From Octopus sinensis (Eukaryota), in NCBI RefSeq assembly GCF_006345805.1, contig NC_043007.1:28644001-28708000 (forward strand): DNA of 64,000 nucleotides. Direction: 5' to 3'. Made by a program: the position numbers and the translations under genes. This document shows, piece after piece, positions 11,284 through 25,000 of the stretch (positions are counted from its first letter, which is position 1; every line of letters starts with the position of its first letter). Under the pieces are notes generated by a model. It saw nothing but the letters and a program-made list of their open reading frames with translations, had not been told where the DNA came from and searched no databases.

Positions 11284-14200
11284 CATGAGTTGTCTAAGAG
11301 TCCATAAGCCACGGTAAAGATGCACTCATATATCTGTTAATAGAGTGGGTGTGTTACCCAAAATGTACAGTGTTATAAATCCATCATGACCATTCTTATC
11401 AATCAATTTCATACAAGCAATAGAGAACAATCACCATATTCCCTTCCATATTGGCTAACTCTGATGAGTGTAAGGTTATATAATCAGATTGTTACCTAAC
11501 ACTCCATTGCATTCCTTGCGCAAAACTGATTAGTAAGATCAGCCGTGATAGAAATATAATACTATACATTTCAGATTCATCATCATTGTTTAATGTCCAT
11601 TTTCCATGCTGGCATGGGTTGGACAGTTCAACTGGGGTCTGGGAAGCCAGGAGGCTGCACCAGACCCCAATAGATATATATATAAAATGAGTGAGAATAT
11701 CACAAATGTACGATAGATAAGGACTTGATCATTGGTCAAACCAGATTGAATTCTTAAAATTCAATTATCTAATCATAAGGGTTGTAGTCCAGCGGAACAA
11801 GAGTTTTGTTTTAAGAAACACATAGCTTGAGCTGATTAAAATAAAGCTAAAAATGGACAAACATCAAAACATTTATAAATAAGTTACATAGATGCATTCA
11901 CAGTTAAGCAGAAAGAACGAAGATAGTCCAGTGTAGACTTTTACAAATTGATATACATATGTTACATAAGCAAAAATACCATAAGCAAAAAGAAGAAAAT
12001 CCATGGTAATGCTTTACAGCTGTTTCAGGGATTCAGTGACAAATTTATGCAATAATGTGCATTATGCAGACATGACTAAAACTATTGGCAATATGCCATG
12101 AATGATGCAACAAATTGATATATCACATTTTTATCATCATCATCATCATTTAACATCCGCTTTCCATACTGGCATGGGTTGAACGGTTTGATTGAGGACT
12201 GGCGAGCCAGATGGCTTCACCAGGCTCCAACCTGATCTGGCAGAGTTTCTACAACTGGATGCCCTTCCTAACGCCAACCACTCCAGGAGTGTAGTGGGTG
12301 CTCTTAAGTGCCACTTGCACGAGGGCCAGTCAGTCGGTACTGGCAACGGCCATGCTCAAATGGTGTTTTTTACGTGCCACCTGCACTGGCAACGACCTTG
12401 ATGGAACTGTTAGCACACCAGGTGAAATACTTAGTGGCATTTCATCCATCTTTACATCTGAGTTCAAATTCCACCAAGGTCAGTTTTACCTTTCATCCTC
12501 TTGGGGTTGATAGAATAAGTACCAGTTGCATACTGGGGGTTGATGTAATCGACTTACCCACTCCCCTGAAATTGCTAGCCTTGTACCAAAATTTGAAACC
12601 AATATTAATTTCTTCTTTTCTTTGACCATGTAGCGACTCATGTGCTGTTCTCCTGTTTTTCTGTTCCTTCCTCGTTTTCTCTAGATTCTCTTCACCTATC
12701 CAACAAAGAGCCATGCTTGAAACATCATAGTTTCACTTATAATTTTCCATCTAAAACTTTCATCAAACATTCAACATATTCACTGTTTCCATGGATTTGA
12801 CTTTTGTTGCTTTTGTTTTTGTTCTAGAATTCACTATTCGTCACCAATTTTCCTCTGTGTGTGTGTGTGTGTGTGTGCATGTGTGTGTATATGTTGATAT
12901 TATTATCATGATGATGATATATTGATATATTTCCAGCAAGTGTCTCAGGTGGAATCAGACTTGAAGACTAAATCTAATGCTTACAACAGCTTGAAAGGAA
13001 ACCTCCAGAATCTGGAAAGGAAAGCCACGTAAGTCCCAATATTTCTAATAAGAAAACATTATTTTGCTGATAATAACAACATTATGTTGACTTTAACAAC
13101 AACAACAGCAAAAATTATCTTTCAGTAAAATATGGACTAACATCTCTTGTGATGTGAGTTAGTAAATATAAGTAAATATGTGTAAATATTACTGCATTTT
13201 ACTCTACACCACTCTACTTTCCAATCCTGCCCACCACATTCTACTTTACTTTCCATTTCAGTGGAAGTCTGTTGACCCGCAATTTAGCTGATATTGTCAA
13301 GAAAACTGACTTTGTGCTTGACTCTGAGTATCTTACAACGTTGTTGGTTGTTATTCCAAAGTAAGAGAAATTCATTATTTTACACAACCATACCACACTT
13401 ATATCACTTTTATATCACATACAAACACACTGTTATGCCACGTCTGTATTACAATCTTATATAATATCACAAACATATCTATAATAATAATACATTGCCG
13501 TATTTCATCACCTCTTTAATACACTATTACACGTATATTAACACATCTGTTATATATTGTTGTTGTACATCATCATGTCTCCATTCTCTTGCATCAACAT
13601 TTTCCTACACATTCGTTAATACTTCATATCTATTGATTCCTTTTTGGTAAAAATATGTTCCTCTTCAACTTTTCTTAGTCTTTCCTTTCCAAAAACGTTT
13701 TATATTTTTGTTAACATTTTTGTTTTTCTACTTCAGAAATAATAATCAAGATTGGCAAATCAAGTACGAGACATTGACAGACATGGTCGTTCCACGTTCC
13801 AGCAAGTATGTCTCAGTTAGCCGTACTTTAGTAATGTTGTTGTTTGTTAGCTTTTATAGAATAAACAAAAATATCTTGTGGTTTTTATTCTACTCAAATT
13901 GCCTATACAGCTAAGCGCTTTATAGGTGCAAAACCAATGATCACTGTCTGATCAACTATAACAATCAACTTCCTAAAAAATTTATTATTGCTCGAGCTAC
14001 TGATGATATATATATATATATGTATTATCATCATCATTTAGCATCCATGTTCCATGCTGGTGTAGGCTGGATGCTTTGGCATGGATTTTATGATTAGATA
14101 TCCTTCCATAATACCAATCACTTTACATTATGTACCAGGTGCCTTTTTTTTCTTTTTTTGCCACCTGCACTATTGCAGTTGACATGCAGTTTGCAGGTCC

Positions 14201-16029
14201 ACAAGCCTGGTGGTGGTGAGGTGGGGTCAACTCCATGCCAGCAGATAAAAGTATAAATAACTATGAGAGGTTTAGGTGGGAAGCAGAGCAGGTTCCTGTA
14301 GAGTGGCTGGCATGGCTATTCATATCTTGAAGGCAAAAGGGGGAAAGAGAAAGGGAGAATGATAAGTAGGTGCTGCAAGAGAGAGATAATTGAAACAGTG
14401 TGATATATATATATATATATATAAAAATACATGTGTCTTCTAGCAGACAGTTAATATGAGGGTTAGAAGTTTGAATTGAAATGAAGAAATAAGGAAAAAG
14501 ATGCATAGAATACACAAATATAATTTTTGTTTATTTATTACAATATCATTAAAATTTGTAGTCAGTAGTAATTATGCATAGCGCCATTTCATTCTTTTTA
14601 GAAACCATCAGCATGCTATAACCTGAACTTTATTAATTAAATATTTTATGAAGCAAGACATTTCTTAGATATGGAAAATAATTACAGTATGGAAAAAATT
14701 CATAGAATATATTCCTTGAGGTGTAGGTATTGGTTTCAAGCTGGTGTTCCATAATAATAATCCCTTGTTATATTATGGAAGAGACATCTCTTTGTATACA
14801 TAATGTCTTGACGATCATCAACGGTTTAAATGGATCAATTCAAAGTTTTTCAAGCAAGTTTTGTTCCCTAGTGGACAGTTCATAAAAGGGAGATAATGTT
14901 AGGCAGGATTACAAGATAGATACATACATACATACGTACATATGCATACATGCATGCACACATACATGAAGAATAAGGACAGACACGAGTTCATATTAAA
15001 GTTCTTATATGTGTTTTACAATTATTGTTTGGAACCGTGCAATAGATGTTGCAAATGCATATGGATGCTCAACCACAACAGATCCTTTATTGTATCAAGT
15101 TACAAATAATTATGCTTGATTATACAAGCTGACATTCGTCCCAGACTTGATCGCTGTAGAGATGGTGAGACTGTGACCCTTTGGCTTTTAAAGAAAAACT
15201 ATTTGTGAGACTTAGCTTATAAAGTATGTTGTATGAACCATTATAGAACAATGTATGTATGAAAGGTCTACTTATAGATTATATGAACATATATTTGTGT
15301 GTGGATGCTAACTATTGTTCTCTTGCGTTTGTGCTGATGAAATAACTAATTTAAGGCTGTGTGTGTTGTAAATTGCTTTTTCCTTGGCTGAAAAATCAAA
15401 ATTTAAAATGTATTTAATTGTATCTTGTTTTATTGTAGAGTTCTGTTTGATGATGGAGACAGTCTTTTAGTGTCGGTGACACTCTTTAAACGAGTTGCAG
15501 ATGAATTCAAACATCACTGCCGGGAATGCAAGTAAGATAACACAATTGACAACACTTTCTCTTGTTATTCCTTTCCAAGGGAACAGCTTCACCCAGCCTC
15601 ACAATTCCTGCAAGATCATCATCTAAAACTCAAATGATGCCTCTGTCAATTGCTCAGCCTCCAAGCTCTCCTGCCTCACAAACTACAACTGATTCTTTTG
15701 CTTCTTATTCAAAAAATCTTTGCCAACTTTGTGCATTCTTCCTTTCCTCCACTTCATAACCATGATGATTCTGTAAGCAGTATTCCTGCAAAGAAAGCCA
15801 CTACATTAGCTACTTTTATGGCATCCAACTATAAACACACAACAACAACAACAACAGAGTTGGTAAATTCTGTCCAGTCCACTAGTAGACTAACCTCCAG
15901 CCACACATACATGCAGAGTAATTTCAAACCATATCAATGCTACCAGCCCCATCAATCCCTTCTATTGCCCTCAAACACTGCACCCCAAAGCTGGCACATT
16001 CTTTATTAATCTTTTCTCTCTCTCTCTCT

Positions 16030-16065
<36 letters not shown>

Positions 16066-19000
16066 CCCTGCTATGTTGTATGCCCTAATCCCAAGAAAAG
16101 GAACCCCTCTGGTCCTACCTACTGTCACCCTATTGCACTGACTCAATGGTGATGGTGACATCTTTTTATAACTAGTATCTCCATGACTTCTGATCATCCC
16201 CCTCCCCTAATCTCTGCAGTATTATTTTCATAAAACCATATCTATTTGAGGTTTGCTCTCCAAGAGCATCAGGAAAGTAGAACCTTCAGGTTTGCTACAA
16301 CTGCTTCATCTCTCTACTTTTACTGAACATAGTAAAAAGTTCCACAGACTCTGGCCTTCTTCTTCCCAACCCAAAAATACTTTGTCCTCCATTAACAAAA
16401 TCTATAAAAACTCATGTAAGGGGCCACAGCTGAGCGCTGCAGCTCCCACAGTTAGAACTGCATTACCATTACAGAGATCCTTAACCACATCTAAAGAAAG
16501 GCCACTTATAAACCCATTCCAACCTCTGGACCTGTTGTGTCTCTTCTTGCTACCTTTTCTACTGCTACTACTGTGGCCTCTGCTCCTCACAGCAGCTGGT
16601 CTTCTTCCACCTCCACTCATACATTCTCCACTCATCTCTTCTTCTACCTCCAGTCAAACACTCTCCACTCACTTGCCTCTTTTCCTACCTCCACTCACCT
16701 CTTCTTCCACCTCCATTCTGACACTCTCCACTCACTTACCTCTTCTCTTCTCATCAATATATCCAATCTTTCTTCCCCTGAAATTCATCCCTCAGGAATT
16801 AGCCATCAACTTGCAACTCTTCAAAGGAAACATCAATCATATCGGTCACATCACTCTCATTAATCACATCAATCTCAAGAAATCTGTGATTACTTTTACA
16901 TTTCTAATTCTCTTTTACAATCTTCTGACCCCTTACTCGCTGAAGGGTTCAAATGTTTACACTAATTTAAAAGAAATGAAATGCTGATTAATTAAGATAA
17001 ACTTTTCATTAATGCCTCCCTCTAAGTCTCATAGATTGCTCAACTATTTTAGATTTTCCATATTGTGTTTTTCAGACAAGATTTTTAAAAATTTATCTGC
17101 AATAAATTGGGTTACACTTCTACAATCCACAAAAGATTTAAACAATTTTCTTCTGCAATTCCTAATGATATTTAATTACAAAAATATAAAAGGATTTTTT
17201 ACATTGTGAATGACTATTAGGTCCCACCCAAGTAAAATAAGAATCAGAGGGGTCCATAGGTAAAAAATGGTTAAGAATTACTAATGTACACCATTACTGA
17301 AGCAAAAACTGCCCTCCGATTAACTTCACGTGTTTTCTTTTTTACATATTTTTCATGACTGGATTTGAACCTAGAACCTCTATTTCTAATGCAGGTTACA
17401 TTCTTAACCACTTTGCCACTTAATTTGTCAGTAATGGAAATTGTGTCCAATGTGCAGTGGCTGTCCTTTGACTGTTATTGTGGTCTCACTTTCACCGTTC
17501 TGGTTCCATTCTGACTGTTACTAACTTTATTCCATATTGATAGTTGAGAGAAGAAACAATATTAATTTGCAGAAGAAATATAAATTATTGAATTAAAATT
17601 TCTGCTTCATTTTGTTTAAAATATTCTTCGTTAATATTTTGTCTTTAAAGGTGGATTTATTTATTCGTTGCAGGTTTTCTGTTCGAGACTTCACATACAA
17701 TGAAGAAGAGATGATTGCTGGCAAGAATGAATTATCTAAACTAGAAGCTGACAAAAAGAAACAATTTGTAAGCAAACTCTAAAATAGTTTCGTTTGTCTC
17801 TAGTCTGCTGCATCCCTAGATTTACTTTGTGTTGACATCATCGTTTTACTATCCACTTTCCATGTTGGCATGAGTTAGGGGAGTCATCGCAATCAGCTCT
17901 TGTTCAGAGTTACTGCTCTCCTAGATGGGTTGCAGGGACCATGTCTTGCTCTGTGTTCTATTTAGACATGCCCTATCAATCACTTTACAAAGTGTAACAG
18001 TGACATATTGTGAAACCACCAGCACTAGAAAGGCTGTCGTATCCACTAAAGTGGTCGTTTTGACTATATTTTCTCTGTTCATTCCTCAACCATTTTAGAA
18101 AGTGCATTGCATGTGTTTTTATCAGAGCACTAGCACAAGACAAACAAGTCCTCACTACTCTGTATTAAGTCTATTCGTTTAAGGTAACATGACCAACAGA
18201 GGAATTACAGAAGATTGAGTATGATGGAAGCACTTGCCTCCCTCCCTACCTGCCAGGTCATTCACTCTTGACCTCCCTTAAACTTTCTGACCATTGATCA
18301 TTCATATTGCTATTCATCTCTCTCACTCACTCACTCTCTCACTCACTCACTCACTCAATCACTCACTCACTCAATCACTCACTCACTCAATCAATCACTC
18401 ACTCACAAGCTTTCCAAGTATTCCAAACAGTATATTTCCCTCTCTATTCCAACTAATAAGTCCTCCTGTATTCCTGCCACATATGAAACCCTATCTTCTT
18501 TCATTTCACTACACCTTGTTTATCCATATTTTACACCTTTTCTCCAAATTAAATAAACACTGCCATTTCCTTATCGTAGCAGGTTTCTCCTTCTTTTCTG
18601 CCAATTGAAATTTAGTCCTTGCTCTTGATTTTGCTTCCAATAGATTTGGCTATAAGAACTAATCAATTAAAACCACATAAAATGGTGATCAATAAAGCTA
18701 AAGCTATATACGTTTATATTAAACACTAGCAACATAGCCCGGCGTTGCCCGGGTATGTAAGAAACTTTGTCGATAAGCAATGCCCTTTACCTTTTTACCC
18801 TTTTTTGTACTCATTGAACCGTTATTTTGTAAAATCATGGTCGGTCTCAAAGTGATATGGTTTTGTCGATTTCTCCCAATACTTGTTAACTGCATTGACA
18901 AAAGGTCGTTAGTTTGACATTTAATGCAAACTTGATGTCCAACATCGGTGTAGGGAAATTCTATGTGAACTTTCAAAAAATATCGCAGAAAGATCGGTTT

Positions 19001-22000
19001 GCCATGTGTGCCACATATGATGTAATTAACCGATTTTTTCCAGTAATAACGTATCCTATTGGAATCAAAAGGGCCATATAGCTACTTGGAGCAGACATGA
19101 TGCTCGCTGTGAATTTCAAAAAAAATTCCTGCCAATTTGTTAAAGATATTGTCGAAAATATATCATCTTGAATTTGAACGCGATTTCCCAAAATGGCATG
19201 ATTTTATCGATTTTTTTCTGATGGTAAGGTATTGCATGGAAAACTAATGTCAGAATTAAGTTCCTTAGGGTAACATTAAGCTTCACCATGAGTTTGGTGA
19301 AAATTGATTGCAAGTTGCGAAAACTACAACAGAAAATGTGTTGCATATGAAAAGCTTAGATTCTCGACCCCATGTCGAATTTATCGATTTTTTTCAGAAC
19401 TGGGAGAACTTTTCAAAATTTTCGCTGCGTTCATTTTGAATTATGACATTGGGCTATGTGTGTGTCAAGTTTCATCAGAATCGGTTGAAAGCCGTGGTCA
19501 GGGTGAGGGTACAACCTGACAGGCACACACACAGACAGACATACAAACTGCCTTTTATATATATAGAGATGTTTGTGCACACTCAAACAAGAAAAAATCT
19601 TTGCTGTGGTAACTGTCTTGAGAGAGAAATTCTCTTTATAGACAGTGTGAAAATACACTAATCTGGGCTATAAACGGCACTATTAGACTGTGGGATATGT
19701 ATTTCTGTGATGTTACACTTCATTGGCAGCAAGCTAAAGCTGTCATTCAATACACTGTCTTTAAGGAGAATTTCCCTTCCAAAACAGTTACTGCAGCGAA
19801 AGTCTTTTCCTGTTTAATATAGATATATCCAGCTTTATTGTGTGTGAAGTCATCAACATACGAGAGTTAACCTTGTACTGCTGTTATAGTTTGTTGGACA
19901 AAATAATAAATAGAAGTGCGTGAGGACTGAGGAATCCCTGACTTCATTCCTGGATATGCCTTTTACATGGTTTGTACACTTCTCACAGTCTATTAATCGA
20001 CATCAGTGGTGACCAGATTACAGAGCATGCCAACCCAACTCTTCTCCAAATCAACAAATACTAAATATAGAGCATGCTCTTAGTCAAGTTCTTCTACTGC
20101 ATTTATTTCATTCTGATGTCTTCTTGTACTACCTGATCAACTCTGCCCTACTCCACTAGATATTTTAATCATGTTGCTGGCCATCCCTCATAGACCAGGT
20201 ACCTTTCCTATCTTCATATCTTTAATTACTTTATCTACCATACTGCTTAAATGGATTACCCTCACACACACACACTCTGTTGTGTCGACACCTTTTGTTT
20301 CCTGTTCATTCTCCTCATTTAGTAATCTCTTTTAATAGCCTTTCAATGCATCTTTCTTACTGTTGTAAGAGAAAGTATGCCATTGCCATTTCAAATCCAA
20401 CAAGGTTTTCATTTTCTAATTTTCTGCTTTATTTTCAAAACACTTCATGCCACAGAATTTTGGCAAACCTTTTACTTTCTGCTTCTCCCCTCACTAACTA
20501 CATTTCTTGTTACTTTATATAATTCTCTTCAGCCTCCTTCCTTCCTGGCTTATTCTGGACTGTTCTTAGCTTCTATAGCCTCTGTCTACTGCACTATTCC
20601 AGTATCATGTCATTCTTCCATCTGGCAGCAGCCTTACAACATTCATAGATCTGGTTTGGTGCCCTCAGTGCAGTGTCTCAGAGGAATTCAACTCTCAGTT
20701 GTCTTCATCATCATTTAGCGTCCGTTTTCCATGTGGTCTTCCATGCTGTAAATTTCCATCTCTTCTTCCTTCATGTCAAATGCTTCAAGTAGAATTTCTC
20801 TGAATCTCTCTAACTGTTTGATGGTTCTTTAAGCTTTCAGTCTTCCTTCCCTTGTCTAATTCTTACTCTGAATTTACTAGTCTATGGTCAGTGGTACATT
20901 CTTCACCAGGAAAAAACTTTAGCATTTGTCTATCTCATTTCCTTGTGAGAATGAAGTCGATCTTTCTTTGGCGTTTGTCTGATTGGTAGACGATCAAGTG
21001 ACAAGCCTGTTTCCTGAAGTTGGTACTGAAAAAATTGTCAAATCATTTTTGCATTTGTTTCCTTCAACAGCACAACTCCAGGAGTGTTGATTCCACTTCA
21101 TTTCTTGAACCAAATCCACAGGCCTCCATACATACAATGGAATCCACCATTATGTTGTTCGGTATGACTGTTAATATGTAAATGTATTTTTATGGCTAAT
21201 CGGTCGTATTACAAAACTGATGGGCACATCCAACATTGTATGGATTGGTGGTACACCACCAGTGTTGTGTGCTACCCCGTGTTTGGTAAATAAACCCTTA
21301 ATGTGTGGCTGCAACTAAAGGTACATATCTAATTAATGGTCATGAGTTAGACCACTCAGTATTGGTTGGAAATACCCGTCAATTTCTGGTAGATACCCTG
21401 GTATCACTGTCATGTGTTGGTGTCTGTACTTATAGATTTTTTTGTAAACTCTACATTTTATATTCCTTTGTTTTATTAGGGTCCCTTGGTGAAATGGTTG
21501 AAAATAAATTTTGGTGAGTGTTTTGCAGCTTGGATCCATGTGAAAGCTTTAAGAGTTTTTGTTGAATCAGTCTTAAGGTTTGTATAAAGTACTTCATTCA
21601 TTTATTTTATTCATTTGGAATTATTTGGTTGTTTGCTGTCATATATATGTGTGTGTATATACACACACACACACACACACATTTGTGTAGTTGAATAAAA
21701 TTTGGATTAAATCCTCATAATATGCTATGCAAAGCTCATCCATAGTTATTGGCAACCAGATGTCATCATATAGTTGGAATGCTCTTGTCACTGGATATGC
21801 ATCTGGAATTCCATAGAATCCGTTGAGTTTACACAAAGAGATCGATAAGAGAAAACAGATTGAACAACGTTCTTTATTTCAAATCACAACAATTATTTCC
21901 ACGTATCATTACTCTCGTAATCCGTTGGTGAGATGATATAATTAACATGTTGCACAATCACTGTCATCCATTAAAGTTGGAACATGTGGTTTGTCTGGTG

Positions 22001-25000
22001 GTGGTTTTGAATTTGTCCTTCATTATTTCACTTTGTGCAAGAATTGATACTGTTATTTTCAGCAATTTGCAAACAAAACTAACCCATAGATATAGTGACA
22101 GACAAAACACAGAAACAAACAAACAGACACAGAAAAAAGAAAACTCCCGTCTCAGGAAAACTGTAAATTGCAATTCTATTTTCATGATCGTATTATTGAA
22201 AAATAAAAAATGAAATTAAGTATTTAGAAATAATAATGTATTGTAATGTATTGTAATGTGATTAAAGTGATAAAGACAGAGCATTTCTGTGCTTGTGGAC
22301 TGTTTACTTGAAAATGATCCAAAGTACGTTCTGCCTGTTACAACAAAGCATCCAGTGCCATTCCACTCGTGCCTTCCACTCCTGCCTCTCTCCTTTTTTG
22401 AAACATTAAAAAAAATAAATTTGTAGGTAAACTCTTCCCTTCATACTTACATATTCTTTCATATATCCACATACAAGGTAGTGCATATAGTTTTATATAT
22501 ACACACACATATATCTATTTATATGTGCTCACATATATACTTCTTACATATATTCTTACTATTTTTAAGCAGAAATATATATGTATGCACATTTATATAT
22601 ATCATCATCATCATTTAACGTCCGCTTTCCATGCTAGTATGGGTTGGACGATTTGACTGAGGTCTGGCGAACCAGACTCCAAATATATATATACTGTTAT
22701 GAGCAACAAAAATAGTTTTCATTCAAAATAGCAATCTGTGTATCATACTTAAGGCAGATACACCATTGAAAACTTGATAAACTGCAGTATTCATCCTGAG
22801 GCAACATCTCTTATAGACATTAGTCTTTAAAAACAAAAACAAACGAAGACACAGAAATCTATCTGTAGCAGACAAAAATTGCCCCACAGCAATGGTGTCA
22901 TTGCTAAATGGGCATTTCTGCCCTTTGGGCTTTGTCAATAGCAAGTATCCACTGGCAACTGCATACAAAATTACTGATGTCATAATTAGCCAGCAGGCTG
23001 AATAAAATTTCATTATGTGCAACAAGCAGTATTAGTTAAAAATAGCAATCTATATATTGTACCTAAAGTAGATACATCATTAAAAGCCTAATAAACTGTG
23101 GTACTTGTCTTTTATTTACAGTACAATCTTTTGTAAGTGATCTTTAAATTAATTCAAACTGTTTTCAATTCAGATATGGCCTACCAGTCAATTTTCAAGC
23201 CATGCTTCTACATCCTCACAAGAAGGCACAACGTCGCCTGAGAGAAGAATTAAATAAACATTATAGTCACCTTGACAGTGCAGCACTTGCTGGTAATGAT
23301 GTAAGCATCTTTGGTGATTTATTACTTTTTCAGTGTTTTCAAGTCTCCAAATATTTATTTCAATAAGTCTCAGCAACAGAGAAAGGAGGAGGTGGATCAG
23401 GGCTCAACTCAAGATGGAGGTTGGTAAAATTGATGTGGTTGACACCTGACGGAAGGGTTTGGTCTGAATGCCTACTGAAGACATCCAGAGATCACAGGGT
23501 GGTTTTAAAGTTCCGTTCACCAACACACTTCAACCAGTGGTTCACCAATATAAACCCTTTGTCTCTTCTACTACATCAGCCACTACCTCCACCACTTCTA
23601 CTACTACTACCAATACCATCACCTGTGTACCACTCAAGTCTCCAGGCGTTACCATTAAGTACCCCTCCATCCTTCTCTCTACCCAGACTTCAACTGTTAT
23701 GAATTCAAAATTAAATTAGCTAAAAGGGGTACCGTGGGTGCTTGAAACTGCTGTGACCCATACAGCATGTTAGGGCAGCCACCTGCAGGTTCCATTGATT
23801 GGATCAACTGGAATACTCGACATCGTGGCCATTGGAGTGGACAGTTTATACGAGGTCAGCAGGGAAAATGAACAAAACAGTTGTGAATTTCACTGTCTCA
23901 GTTTCTTATCACATCAGTGACGATGTTCTCTCAGGCAACATCTAATCAACTATCATACAATCTAAGTGAATCTTTATGGCCATTGTCAGCTCATCTCCAC
24001 AGTGACTTCCCTTGACCAGTGGCACGTAAAAAGCACCATTCAAGTGTGGTCATTATCACTACCGGCTCCCGTGCCGGTGGCACATAAAAAGCACCATTCA
24101 AGGAATAGTTGATGCCAGTGCAGCCTGACTGGCCCTTGTGCTGATGGCACATAAAAAGCACCCACTACACTCTTGGAGAGGTTGGCATCAGGAAGGGCAT
24201 TCAGCTGTAGAAACCTTGCCAGCTCAGACTGGAGCCTGGGACAGCCTTCTGGCTTGCCAATCCTCAGTCAAACCATCCAACTCATACCAGAATGGAAAGT
24301 GGACGTTAAATGACAATGATGATGATGATGATGATTACTTTGATAAGAATTATAATAAATTATTATCATAAATAATGCAATGTTATTTTTTTCAACAAAG
24401 TTATTCTTGATATTTTTAATTATTAATTGATCCGTATCTGTCATCACTGTCATTGTCATTTTATGTCTGCTTTTCTATACTGTCATGGGTTGGACTGATC
24501 TTACCCTGCACAGTAACCCACCCTCTTAATAGCCCTTGGTTATGTTTTTGTCAGCTCCAGTATCCTTAGATTAGTCTTCCTTACTTCCACATCTTGGATA
24601 ACTTCACACTTCTTCCCCCAGCTGTCATCCATACCAGTCACTCTATTGCTGGTTCTCCTGGTATCCATTTATATATCTTTTTTTCTCTCTCTCTCTTTCT
24701 CTCTCTTTTTTTTACATGCTAACAGAAATTGGGCAGTTTGTCATAGTCTGATGAATCAGTTCTTATTTAGAGTTACTGCCCTAGTAGATGAAATAGGAAC
24801 ACATCTTGCTTATATCTCATTTGGGACGTGGTTTCTTTTCCTAGCACCAACCACTTTTCAAAGCATACTGGGTACATTTTATTGGGGCCCCCAACTCTAG
24901 AAAGGTTGTTGTCTGGTACACTGCAAGACAAAAGGATTGTCATTGCTCTATGGTTGTCTCTATTGAAGGCAACTTGAGCAACAGAGGGAGCATATGATGG

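Noticed and set aside
16253-16987. 244-aa ORF in intron 8
   Set aside because: Low-complexity L/S/P/T sequence containing a 63-bp tandem duplication (16628 and 16691), with no recognisable domain; possibly old LINE debris.
21880-21935. Minus-strand GAAATAATTGTT after a GAGA-tetraloop hairpin
   Set aside because: It resembles GAAACAATTGTC but has no CUGAUGA core and is too decayed to support.
23292-23300. Alternative donor GTAATG at 23293 for exon 11
   Set aside because: It would put the last exon out of frame; the GTAAGC donor at 23301 is stronger and in frame.
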